From the NCBI GenBank assembly GCA_040878005.1, contig JBBDMW010000023.1, forward strand, positions 45,376-109,375: a DNA stretch of 64,000 bases, written 5' to 3'. This DNA comes from Dehalococcoidia bacterium (GTDB taxonomy: Bacteria; Chloroflexota; Dehalococcoidia; Lucifugimonadales; Lucifugimonadaceae). Below, one piece after another: positions 55,723 to 64,000 of this stretch. Below the pieces are notes generated by a model. That model saw nothing but the letters and a program-made list of their open reading frames with translations. It was not told the origin of the DNA and ran no database searches. Positions within the stretch are counted from its first letter, which is position 1. The number at the start of each line of letters is the position of its first letter. Made by a program: the position numbers and the translations under genes.

Positions 55723-56706
55723 TCAACCTTCCGTGGTGGGCTTGGACAGGGGGAGCATTACAGTCATAGTTGTGTAATGACTCACATTGACATCTTCCCT
55801 GTCGGCTGAGTTGGTCGCTGATTCCACGGCTATCTCGCCGCCTGCCCGCCGCGCCAGAGTGCGTGCTATATAGAGGCCCAGCCCTGAGCTCGTCCTCTCA
55901 CGCCGGCCAGCCATCTCGGGAGTCCATCCCCGGTCGAACAGGTGCGGGAAATGGGCGGCCGGTACTCCCGGACCATCATCCCAGACCCTTATGAAGTAGT
56001 GAGTCGGGTTCCTCGTAACCCTCAACTCAACGTGCCTCGTAGCGTACTTTACAGCGTTGTCCACCAGGTTCGTCACTACATGGTCCAGGGCAGATGCATC
56101 CCCGTACACAAGCCCGAACTCTGCGGGCTCTGACCACCACGTCAGTTCAGCATCTCTCTCCGCTGCAATGCCCGCGTACCGGTCTGCGATATTGCGGACG
56201 ATGGCCACCGGGTCCACGGGCTCATAGCCAATCGCTGCATCCGGGTCCTCCAACTCCACCAGTACCCGCACATTGGCAAGCATGAGCCGGAAGCTAGGCG
56301 CCTGCTGCTCTATCTCATCAAGCAACTCCTGGACTGCGGGAGGAAGGTCCTGCCCAGACTCCTCGACCCGGGCGCGTACTTCGCGCTCCTTGCCAAGGAT
56401 TCTCCTGAAGGGGCGGCCCATGTCGTGCGAGAAGGTATCGAAGTAGTCCTGTGTCACTCGGCTCCACCCTCGCACCGGAGTCTGGCCGTTCGCCGGCCGC
56501 TGCGCCGGGCCAATCAGGTAGGCGGACAGGGCAATGACCAGGCCCAACAGGAGGACGGCAGCGCCCACGTATGCCATGGGCTCCACCTGCCACAGGGAGT
56601 CAGTGAACTCATTGCCGAATACGGGTGCCAACGCCAACAGCAATAGCCCCACGACTGCCGTCATGAGGCCAAAGAGGCGGAGAGTTTTGAGCAGCGTTGA
56701 ACGCAC
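55723..56706 (-). CDS. Histidine kinase, intramembrane-sensing type (two TM segments, about 12-aa external loop)
   Basis: The TM pair is separated only by 'NEFTDSLWQVEP'. H-box-like 'FSHDMGRPF', N-box 'VVTNLVDNAVKYA' and G-boxes 'DDGPGVP' and 'SSGLGLYIARTLA'. Confidence 0.8.
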   Translation of the reverse strand: MRSTLLKTLRLFGLMTAVVGLLLLALAPVFGNEFTDSLWQVEPMAYVGAAVLLLGLVIALSAYLIGPAQRPANGQTPVRGWSRVTQDYFDTFSHDMGRPFRRILGKEREVRARVEESGQDLPPAVQELLDEIEQQAPSFRLMLANVRVLVELEDPDAAIGYEPVDPVAIVRNIADRYAGIAAERDAELTWWSEPAEFGLVYGDASALDHVVTNLVDNAVKYATRHVELRVTRNPTHYFIRVWDDGPGVPAAHFPHLFDRGWTPEMAGRRERTSSGLGLYIARTLARRAGGEIAVESATNSADREDVNVSHYTTMTVMLPLSKPTTEG

Positions 56707-56739
56707 CAGTAGGTGATCTCGGGGTGAACTGGGTGGCGG

Positions 56740-57555
56740 TTAGGCTCGTGGTGGCACGAGCCGGTAACCCCGGTTTCGGACGTTAATTATCAACTCATCG
56801 GCGCTGAAATTCCTCCCGGCAGCCTTGCCCAGCGCCACTTTAATTTCGCGGATGCGCACTCGCAGTGATGCCCGGGAGTCCTCACCGTCTGAGAACCTTT
56901 CCAGGCGAGAGAATGGCACAAGCTCACCCTCGCTGCGATATAGAGCCGCAGCAAGTTCTTTGAGGATTTCAAATTTCATGCCCTGGATTTCCCTGATGGG
57001 CTCTCTCTGGCCGTCGGATACGGCGTATACCGTGCCGTTGTCCGCATCCAGTTCATAGAGAGTCCCTATCTGTATACGTTCAGGAGCCGCGCCTATTAGC
57101 CGACGCAGTCTCAGAACAACCTCGTCTGGACTGGCCAGCTTGTCTATGAAGTCCACTGGTGCGTTCACGCTCAGGCTCGCCGCGACCGCAGTATCCCGGT
57201 AGGGTCCCTGCGCGTACTGCGTGAACATGAGGACCGGAAGGCTCCGGTCGCGGTCCGTGATGCGCTTCAGGATTGTCAGGCCCTTGAACCGGTCCTCGTC
57301 ATACTCGCCAAAGCGCACGTCCAGCAGCACGGCGGCGGGGCGTTCCTCTTCAACGGCAAATAGCGTTTGGATTTCGAAGTCATCCCCGGTGACCCGCGGA
57401 CCTTCTGGTGATACGACAATAGGGCGGAATCCTTCACGCTCCAGCCGCCTTAGCACCGAGCGCATAAGATCTGACGAATGTTCGTCATCCACCACGAGGA
57501 TCTTCTCGCCTCGTCCCCGTGAAGATTGCTGTGTCATGTTTGTCCCGCACCCCAT
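56740..57555 (-). CDS. Response regulator, REC plus OmpR-type winged helix, with an extended receiver
   Basis: 'KILVVDDEHS', the phospho-acceptor context 'AVLLDVRF', and the C-terminal 'LRVRIREIKVAL...INVRNRGYRLVP'. Confidence 0.8.
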   Translation of the reverse strand: MGCGTNMTQQSSRGRGEKILVVDDEHSSDLMRSVLRRLEREGFRPIVVSPEGPRVTGDDFEIQTLFAVEEERPAAVLLDVRFGEYDEDRFKGLTILKRITDRDRSLPVLMFTQYAQGPYRDTAVAASLSVNAPVDFIDKLASPDEVVLRLRRLIGAAPERIQIGTLYELDADNGTVYAVSDGQREPIREIQGMKFEILKELAAALYRSEGELVPFSRLERFSDGEDSRASLRVRIREIKVALGKAAGRNFSADELIINVRNRGYRLVPPRA

Positions 57556-57752
57556 TCGTTACGGAACGCCACGCGCTCCAGATTGCCGCGAGCGCGACTT
57601 TATCATCAGTCGGCTTCAATTTCGTATGCGAGACGAAACGATGTACTGGTTACACGCTGTGCCGGGTAGGCCGGGATACGTCATGTAAACTCGTCACCCG
57701 GATGTTGAAGAGGAAGGGAGGCAGCCAGCCAGGTTTCGAAATAGGATAAACC

Positions 57753-58445
57753 TTGACAAGCGCACGATTCTGCAAGCAGTGCGGAAACAGCCTTCATCAA
57801 GAAGATGTGTTTTGTCCCGCATGTGGCACACGCCGAAGCGTTATGGCCTCCGCGGACGACACCGCCGCCCCGCCGTTCGCATACCAGGTGCCGGTGCCTG
57901 AGGCCAGGCCGCCCATTTTTGATTCGGGAGTGTTCAATCCCAGTTACCGGGCGACCGGTGTATTCCCAACGAATGTGGCGAACCCGGAAACAAGGTTTGC
58001 CGCTTATCTCCTTACCACAGCGCTGCCAAGCATCCTTTGGTACGTGCCTGTTTTAGGTTGGCTGGTGGCTTTGGGCATAATCATCTGCAACTTGATCATG
58101 CACAGGCGGGGCTTGGACATCGGCGCTGTGGTCGTTGATGTCAGAGTGATTAGGAACAATGGCGACGTTGCTGGCTTCTATCACATGACAGTTCGTGCAA
58201 TGGTGTCGATCTTGAGTGCAATCCCATTCTTTGCCGGTTACTGGACTGCATTCTTCGATCCGAATCACCAGACATGGCATGACAAGATCATGGGCACTTA
58301 CGTGGTCGATGACAGCGATGAGCTTGAATCACGCCCCGGAACGAGCTCATCCACCGCAGTTGCCTGGTTCTGGGTGGTGCTTTTGTCGCCTGTCGCCCTG
58401 ATTGTGCTTGCGGTTATTGTTGCCGCCATGGCCTTGTCTGTCTGA
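57753..58445 (+). CDS. RDD-family membrane protein with an N-terminal zinc ribbon
   Basis: TTG start (AGGA 8 nt upstream). 'FCKQCGNSLHQEDVFCPACG', then RDD-like TM core 'RFAAYLL...GLDIGAVVVDVRVI...QTWHDKIMGTYVV'. Confidence 0.75.
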   Translation: MTSARFCKQCGNSLHQEDVFCPACGTRRSVMASADDTAAPPFAYQVPVPEARPPIFDSGVFNPSYRATGVFPTNVANPETRFAAYLLTTALPSILWYVPVLGWLVALGIIICNLIMHRRGLDIGAVVVDVRVIRNNGDVAGFYHMTVRAMVSILSAIPFFAGYWTAFFDPNHQTWHDKIMGTYVVDDSDELESRPGTSSSTAVAWFWVVLLSPVALIVLAVIVAAMALSV

Positions 58446-58616
58446 AATCGCCTCCGAACATTCGCCACAAGACATAGCGTTTGCCACGGCATAATTGCCG
58501 TTATTTGGTTGTTTTGATGCCCCGTTGGGCCTCGACGCGAACGGAGGGGCGCGCTATATTCCGGGGAGCCTCCCAAACGCCGAATACAGCCATTTGCCCT
58601 AGCCACAACTCGCGCC

Positions 58617-61600
58617 TTGGATCAATTCGTACACCTCCACAACCACTCCGAGTATAGCCTGCTCGACGGCCTGAGCCGACTGGATCGAATGGCCCAGCGA
58701 GCCGCCGAACTGGGCATGCCCGCCATCGCCCTGACTGACCACGGCAATGTTCATGGTGCGGTGGATTTCTACAAGGCGGCCGTGAAGGCGGGAATCAAGC
58801 CCCTGATCGGTGTGGAGGGGTACGTTGCGCCGTCAAGCCGGCTGGAGCGGGATTCGAATGAGCGTTTCCCGTACCACATGACGTTGTTGGCGCAGAACCT
58901 CACTGGATACAGGAATCTTCTGAAGCTCGTGACGAAGGCTCACCTTGAAGGGTTCTACTACAGGCCGCGCATGGACCGTGAGATCCTCGAGCAGCACAGC
59001 GAAGGCGTGATCGTCCTTTCTGGCTGTCCATCTGGCGAGGTCCCCCGCATGATCTCCAGCGGCCGCATGCAGGAAGCCCGCTCGGCCATCAACTGGTACC
59101 GGGAAGTCTTCGAGGGCCGCTACTACCTGGAGCTGATGTCACACGAGGGCGTGCCGGACCTGCCGGTAGTCAACAAGGCCCTGGTGGAGTTGAGTGGCGA
59201 GACCGGCCTGCCGCTGGTGGTCACAAACGACTCCCACTATGTCAACCGCGAAGAGTATCAACTTCAGGACATCCTCACCTGCATCCAGACCAACACGCAC
59301 ATCAATGATCCCAAGCGCCTCCACATGGATGATGACTCCTACTACATCAAGAGCGCTGCTGAGATGGCCGCGCTCTGGCCGGAACAGCCTGATGCGCTCA
59401 GGAACACGCTTGCCATAGCGGAGTCCTGTGATCTCGAGTTGAAGTTCGGAAACACTCTCCTCCCGCACTACAACACACCCAATGGCGAAACTGCCATGGA
59501 GTTCCTCCGCAAGCTGTGCGACGAGGGTCTTCGCAAGCGTTATGAAAGCCCGTCGCAGGCAGTGCTTGACCGGCTTGAGTACGAGTTGCATGTGATTGAG
59601 AAGACAGACTTCCCGGACTACTTCCTGGTTGTCTGGGATATCTTCAAGTTCGTCAACAGGCGGGGAATCTTCTCAGCGGTCCGCGGCAGCGCAGCAGCCA
59701 GCCTTGTGCTGTACTGCCTGGAGGTCACGCAGATTGACCCGTTGGAGACCCGGCTGGTTTTCGAGCGCTTCCTGAACGTGGAGCGCAAGGAGATGCCGGA
59801 CATTGACATGGACTTCCCGGATGACCGCCGTGAAGAAGTCATCCGGTACTGCGTGGACCGCTACGGCCGTGACCACGTGGCGCAGATCATTACATTTGGC
59901 ACGCTGGGCGCAAAGGCGGCCATCCGTGACACCACGCGCGCCCTGAACCTGGACTTCGGCATTGGCGACAAGCTGGCCCGGCTCATTCCCACCCGCCTGC
60001 ACGTCACCATCGACGACGCTCTCGATGAGAGCGCTGAGATGGCAGCTCTTGTCAAACGGGATGCTGATAGCCGCAAGATCATAGGCATCGCTCGCCAGCT
60101 TGAAGGTTCGGTACGACACGCAAGCACGCACGCCGCCGGAGTTGTCATATCAGAAGAACCGCTGACCGATTATGTGGCGCTCCAGCGCTCCACGAGCGGC
60201 AATGATGACGCCCCGCCAACCACGCAGTTCGCCATGGGACCGGTGGCAGAGGTCGGCCTACTGAAGATGGACTTCCTTGGCCTGATCAACCTCACGATCC
60301 TGGACCGGGTCGTGAAGCTGATCGCCGAGCACCGCGGGGAACGAATCTCCCTCGGTGATGTCCCCCAGGATGACGCTGCTGCATTCGAGCTTCTCTCAAA
60401 TGCAGACACGTTCGGCGTGTTCCAGTTGGAAAGCTCTGGAATGCGCCGGTACATCAAGGAGTTGAAGCCGTCATCTGTCGCAGATGTGGCCGCCATGATC
60501 GCCCTGTACCGTCCAGGGCCAATGGAGCACATCAGCACGTTCATTGACGCCAAGCATGGCCGCGTCCCCATCCGGTACCCGCATGAGGGTCTCAAGGACA
60601 TCCTGGAGGAGACGTACGGCATCATCGTGTACCAGGACCAGGTGCTGCTTATAGCCCGTGAGTTTGGCGGATACACACTGGGCGAGGCCGACATCCTGCG
60701 CAAGGCCATGGGCAAGAAGATCGCAGAGGTCATGGCGGCCGAGCGTGAGAAGTTCGTGGCTGGCGCCCAGGAGAAGGGCTACACGGAGGAGCTGGCGAAT
60801 ACCATATTCAAGCTCATAGAGCCGTTCGCCGGGTACGCATTCAACAAGGCGCACAGCGTCAGCTACGCCATGATTGCGTACTGGACGGCGTACTTCAAGG
60901 CGAACTACCCAATGGAGTACTTCGCCGCCATGCTGGACTCCGCGTCCGGCAACCCTGAAAAAGTGGGCGCGTGCATCAGGGAGGCCCAGCGTAAGAATAT
61001 CCGGGTGCTGCCGCCTTCGCTGAACCGGTCAGGTGCAGGCTTCACAATTGAGCCTGTTGAAGATGCCGTTGGCGGTATACGGTTTGGGCTGGCTGCAGTC
61101 AAAAATGTTGGTGCTGGAGCAGTCGCACCAATCATTGAGGCCCGTGAGGCGGCAGGCGAGTTTGAGTCGCTTGAGGATATTTGCCGCCGCATTGACTCAC
61201 GTTCCCTGAACCGGCGCACGCTAGAGAGCCTCATAAAAGCCGGCGCCCTGGATGATTTTGGCCCGCGCGGCAGCCTTCTGGAAGCAGTGGACCGCATCAT
61301 CTCCACTATTCAACGGCAGACCAAGCTGCGTGACTCTGGCCAGACTTCAATGTTCGACATGTTTGGCGAGTCTGTGCCCGCTCCCATGCCTGACATTGAG
61401 ATTTCAGGCGTGGATGATACGTCGGAACAGGAACGCATCATCTGGGAGAAGGACCTGCTGGGCGTGGAGCTTACCCAGAGCTCGTTCACCCGCGAGATGT
61501 ACGCCCAGGCCGAGAACTTCCTGGTGTTCGCCTCTGAAGTCACCGCAGAACGTGCGGGGCAGAAGGTTGTGGCGCTCGGCCAGGTGATCGGCGTGAGAGA

Positions 61601-62366
61601 GTTGAACACCCGCAAGGGCGACCGTTTTCTTGCCATGTCTCTAGGCCTCCTTGACGGTGAGATCGAGTTGGTGGTCTGGCCCAATGTGCTTGAAAATACC
61701 GGTGGCCTCTGGGAGGAGGGCCGATTCCTTGCCGTGACCGGGCAGGTACGGGAGCGTGATGGCCGCGTGTCCATATCAGTGGACCAGGCACGCGAGTATC
61801 ACGTCCCTGGGCAGGAGGGGGCATCTTCCCACGCGGAAGCGGAACATGCCGGTGAGGTGCCGCGTACCGGGCAGGCCGTTCCTGCGCCGACAGCCGCGGC
61901 AACGCCCGTTGTGCAGGCTTTCCGTGAAAAGCCTGTCGAAATTGAACCTGAAGTTGACGATGAGGCAGTGAGTGGTTTCGATCCGCCTGGATCGAACGCC
62001 ACTGAGGAGAATGACGATTTGACGAGTGTCCCTGGAGTGTCTGGCCAGTCTTCACCACAGGATGGTTCGCCAGGAACTGCCACCCATAACGCCAACGGCA
62101 ACGGTCCTGCACTCAACGGCGCCGACGGTGTGGTCATAAGGGTCAAGGAAACCGGTCACCTGGCCGAGGACCGGTATCGTCTGGAGGACCTCGTCAGGCT
62201 GCTCTTGGAGTTCCGTGGCCCTGAATCCGTTACGCTTGAAGTCGCGACTGGCGGCAGGATCGTAAAACTGGACATGTCATTCGTCAGCGTGCAGCCTTGC
62301 ACGGAGTTGGAAAGCCGCTTGGCAGCCATAGTCGGTCCCGAAAATGTGTCGGTACCGGTGGCCTGA
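58617..62366 (+). CDS. dnaE: DNA polymerase III alpha subunit
   Basis: PHP domain 'FVHLHNHSEYSLLDG', 'PDIDMDFPDDRREEVI', 'GVHAAGVVIS'-type 'STHAAGVVISEEPL', 'FNKAHSVSYA', an OB fold, then a low-complexity linker and a small C-terminal domain. Confidence 0.95.
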   Translation: MDQFVHLHNHSEYSLLDGLSRLDRMAQRAAELGMPAIALTDHGNVHGAVDFYKAAVKAGIKPLIGVEGYVAPSSRLERDSNERFPYHMTLLAQNLTGYRNLLKLVTKAHLEGFYYRPRMDREILEQHSEGVIVLSGCPSGEVPRMISSGRMQEARSAINWYREVFEGRYYLELMSHEGVPDLPVVNKALVELSGETGLPLVVTNDSHYVNREEYQLQDILTCIQTNTHINDPKRLHMDDDSYYIKSAAEMAALWPEQPDALRNTLAIAESCDLELKFGNTLLPHYNTPNGETAMEFLRKLCDEGLRKRYESPSQAVLDRLEYELHVIEKTDFPDYFLVVWDIFKFVNRRGIFSAVRGSAAASLVLYCLEVTQIDPLETRLVFERFLNVERKEMPDIDMDFPDDRREEVIRYCVDRYGRDHVAQIITFGTLGAKAAIRDTTRALNLDFGIGDKLARLIPTRLHVTIDDALDESAEMAALVKRDADSRKIIGIARQLEGSVRHASTHAAGVVISEEPLTDYVALQRSTSGNDDAPPTTQFAMGPVAEVGLLKMDFLGLINLTILDRVVKLIAEHRGERISLGDVPQDDAAAFELLSNADTFGVFQLESSGMRRYIKELKPSSVADVAAMIALYRPGPMEHISTFIDAKHGRVPIRYPHEGLKDILEETYGIIVYQDQVLLIAREFGGYTLGEADILRKAMGKKIAEVMAAEREKFVAGAQEKGYTEELANTIFKLIEPFAGYAFNKAHSVSYAMIAYWTAYFKANYPMEYFAAMLDSASGNPEKVGACIREAQRKNIRVLPPSLNRSGAGFTIEPVEDAVGGIRFGLAAVKNVGAGAVAPIIEAREAAGEFESLEDICRRIDSRSLNRRTLESLIKAGALDDFGPRGSLLEAVDRIISTIQRQTKLRDSGQTSMFDMFGESVPAPMPDIEISGVDDTSEQERIIWEKDLLGVELTQSSFTREMYAQAENFLVFASEVTAERAGQKVVALGQVIGVRELNTRKGDRFLAMSLGLLDGEIELVVWPNVLENTGGLWEEGRFLAVTGQVRERDGRVSISVDQAREYHVPGQEGASSHAEAEHAGEVPRTGQAVPAPTAAATPVVQAFREKPVEIEPEVDDEAVSGFDPPGSNATEENDDLTSVPGVSGQSSPQDGSPGTATHNANGNGPALNGADGVVIRVKETGHLAEDRYRLEDLVRLLLEFRGPESVTLEVATGGRIVKLDMSFVSVQPCTELESRLAAIVGPENVSVPVA

Positions 62367-62406
62367 CGAACGACCGGCTTACATTTGCTTAACAAGCGCG
62401 CGGGGG

Positions 62407-62643
62407 ATGCTCGCCATGAAGTGGGTCATATTCGCTACAGCGCCCGATCAGATAACAGCGGAGATGTGGCGCGACCTCGTGCGGCAGTCGGGCATTGACT
62501 GCATGCTGCGGGCTGGCGACACGACAGGCTTCCTCGGAGTCTCAGCGCAGCCGGTACGTCTGATGACGCCGGAGCAGGATGAAGAGCGGGCCAGGGCAGC
62601 CCTGGAAGCGCAAATCAACGGCGAATCTGACTGGGGCGGCTAG
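62407..62643 (+). CDS. DUF2007-like small protein (putative signal-transducing fold)
   Basis: 'KWVIFATAPDQITAEMWRDLVRQSGIDCMLR...PVRLMTPEQDEERARAAL' matches the usual DUF2007 pattern. Confidence 0.55.
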   Translation: MLAMKWVIFATAPDQITAEMWRDLVRQSGIDCMLRAGDTTGFLGVSAQPVRLMTPEQDEERARAALEAQINGESDWGG

Positions 62644-62667
62644 GTGTAGCTCCCCTCAACCGCGGGT

Positions 62668-63198
62668 TCAGGCCAAGTGAGCGAGGGCGCCTTCCATTTG
62701 GAGGAGACGGGACTTCATGGGCAGACCCACTCCTCCGCCGAAACCATGCAGGCTGCCATCCGTGCCAACCACCCGGTGGCACGGCACTATCAGCGGGAAC
62801 GGGTTCCGGGCCATTGCCTGTCCCGCGCCGCGGGCAGCTCCCGGACTGCCTGCCATTTTCGCCAGCCACTTGTAAGTGCGAGTCTCGCCTGCGGGAATTG
62901 ACCGGCATGCTTCCCATGCCCGAACGAAGAACGGCGAGCGGCCCGTGACGTTAATGGGAATGGAAGATAGGTCCACAGGCTCGCCGGCACAGTACCGCTG
63001 AATGGTGGAGCGCATAACTGCAAAAAGCTCGGGAGCAGGCTCCATGCCTTCCATGTCACGCCGGATGTAATCAATGGCGGCGTCCGGCGTTGGCTCTGGA
63101 AGGCTCATCCTGCGCACGCCGCTGTCACTGCCCACAATCGCTATCCAGCCCAGCGCCGTCTCGAAAACGTCATGCCCAGTCTGCCTGTTGCCGTTCAT
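62668..63198 (-). CDS. ogt: Methylated-DNA--protein-cysteine methyltransferase
   Basis: Active site 'IVPCHRVVGTDGSLHGFGGG' and 'RTYKWLAKMAGSPGAARGAGQAMARNP'. ATG 63198 overlaps the upstream stop (ATGA). Confidence 0.9.
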   Translation of the reverse strand: MNGNRQTGHDVFETALGWIAIVGSDSGVRRMSLPEPTPDAAIDYIRRDMEGMEPAPELFAVMRSTIQRYCAGEPVDLSSIPINVTGRSPFFVRAWEACRSIPAGETRTYKWLAKMAGSPGAARGAGQAMARNPFPLIVPCHRVVGTDGSLHGFGGGVGLPMKSRLLQMEGALAHLA

Positions 63199-64000
63199 AA
63201 CAGCCCATTTGTCCGGCCGCTGGCTGCAGCCTTGAGGTTGCCGTTCGAGCCGTTCCGGGTAAGGCGGCGCAGGCGGTAGCCAAGCATCCCGCGCAGGACG
63301 CTGCGCCATGCTGTCTTCAAGTCCTTGGGTTGTTCATCTGAGCCGTTACGGTGACCATACACCATGCGCTCGTATTCAATGGCAATCATCATTGCATGTT
63401 GGGTTGACTCTGGCGCGGCGGCAGAAACAACTGCTGCATACTCCATTGCCGTTTCGTAATTCTGGCGCTTCAATCCCAGCAGCCTTCCGGCGCGCTCCAT
63501 TTTTGTGTACGCGCTTGCTGCGGGGCCCATCCCGCGGAAGCTCCACTTCCAGTATCCGAACAGCAGCACGATGGAACCCGCCATTGCCGCGAGGGAGGCC
63601 AGCAACACTTCGGGGATATTTGAGCTGTCGTCTCCGCTGCCGTCGCCCACTCCGCCAATGCCCCGGAGAGCTTCCCGTGCCAGCCTTTCCGCCTCTTCAA
63701 TGTCCTGTTGGTCCAGGTTGTTGAGGTAGGCTTCCTCGCCTTCACCCAAGTCGCTAGGTTGGAACGGGATGTCTCCGGGCTGCACCGATACGGCGTCGTT
63801 CGAGTCGGGCTGTGACCTCCCAGGCGTCACTTCTGTGTCTATCCAGCCGTACCCAGGGTAGTAGACCTGCAGCCAACCATGTAGGTCACGGTCACGGACG
63901 ACGAACTTCCCTGCATTTGGCACGTACGCACCGGTGGCCCAACCGGCAACCATGCGTGCTGGCACTCCGACGGACCGGAGCATGACTGTTCCAGCCGATC
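63195..64000 (-). CDS. Transglutaminase-like membrane protein (TgpA-like), N-terminus outside the window
   Basis: 'MLRSVGVPARMVAGW...DLHGWLQVYYPGYGWIDTEVTP' holds the His/Asp part of the transglutaminase core. The frame is still open at nt 64000. A TM segment and a DUF4129-like tail follow. Confidence 0.75.
   Translation of the reverse strand, partial: SAGTVMLRSVGVPARMVAGWATGAYVPNAGKFVVRDRDLHGWLQVYYPGYGWIDTEVTPGRSQPDSNDAVSVQPGDIPFQPSDLGEGEEAYLNNLDQQDIEEAERLAREALRGIGGVGDGSGDDSSNIPEVLLASLAAMAGSIVLLFGYWKWSFRGMGPAASAYTKMERAGRLLGLKRQNYETAMEYAAVVSAAAPESTQHAMMIAIEYERMVYGHRNGSDEQPKDLKTAWRSVLRGMLGYRLRRLTRNGSNGNLKAAASGRTNGLL

Noticed and set aside
61800-62366. DnaE C-terminal extension: a roughly 100-aa acidic/Pro/Ser-rich linker followed by an ~85-aa small domain.
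   Set aside because: From memory, many DnaE proteins end in a variable linker plus a small C-terminal domain after the OB fold. Without an alignment I cannot claim it is unusual.
1-64000. Search for CRISPR arrays, transposases, insertion-sequence inverted repeats, prophage or defence-system genes, and rRNA, tmRNA, RNase P or SRP RNA signatures.
   Set aside because: None were recognised. No spaced direct-repeat arrays and no characteristic conserved RNA strings (for example GAGGAAAGUCC) were seen. A covariance-model scan would be needed to exclude small RNAs.

Overview
GC-rich (judged by eye, not computed), gene-dense bacterial chromosomal segment with about 57 protein-coding genes and one tRNA-Ala(GGC). 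I found no transposase, integrase, phage gene, CRISPR array or rRNA. Housekeeping genes are spread across the whole window: an enolase-family gene, rsmG, etfBA, purEK, serS, lysS, rsmD, coaD, polA, mutS2, dnaE and ogt. Accessory modules sit between them. (1) A sulfated-substrate island at 7.1-16.6 kb: a family-5 lipoprotein solute-binding protein, two ABC permeases with no ATPase, three signal-less Cys-type sulfatases, and a formylglycine-generating enzyme. (2) Two orphan signalling giants with matching five-GAF arrays: a GAFx5-REC-LuxR regulator at 3.0-6.4 kb and a PAS-GAFx5-PAS histidine kinase at 43.6-47.7 kb. (3) A PadR regulator with two Cys-Cys pairs, translationally coupled to an ArsM arsenite methyltransferase at 35.8-37.0 kb. 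(4) A minus-strand cluster at 51.4-57.6 kb: response regulator, intramembrane-type histidine kinase, Pro/Thr-linker lipoprotein, and a 1202-aa secreted protein made of at least 10 small beta-rich repeats plus a coiled coil. The enolase homologue carries substitutions at two catalytic-site positions and sits 9 nt downstream of an APH/MtnK-like kinase. PT-rich lipoprotein linkers, frequent GTG/TTG starts and cytoplasmic sulfatases with FGE are compatible with a marine Chloroflexota-like organism, but that is only a guess. All family assignments come from reading motifs in the supplied translations; no database search was run. The many long ORFs antisense to these genes are treated as high-GC shadow frames.
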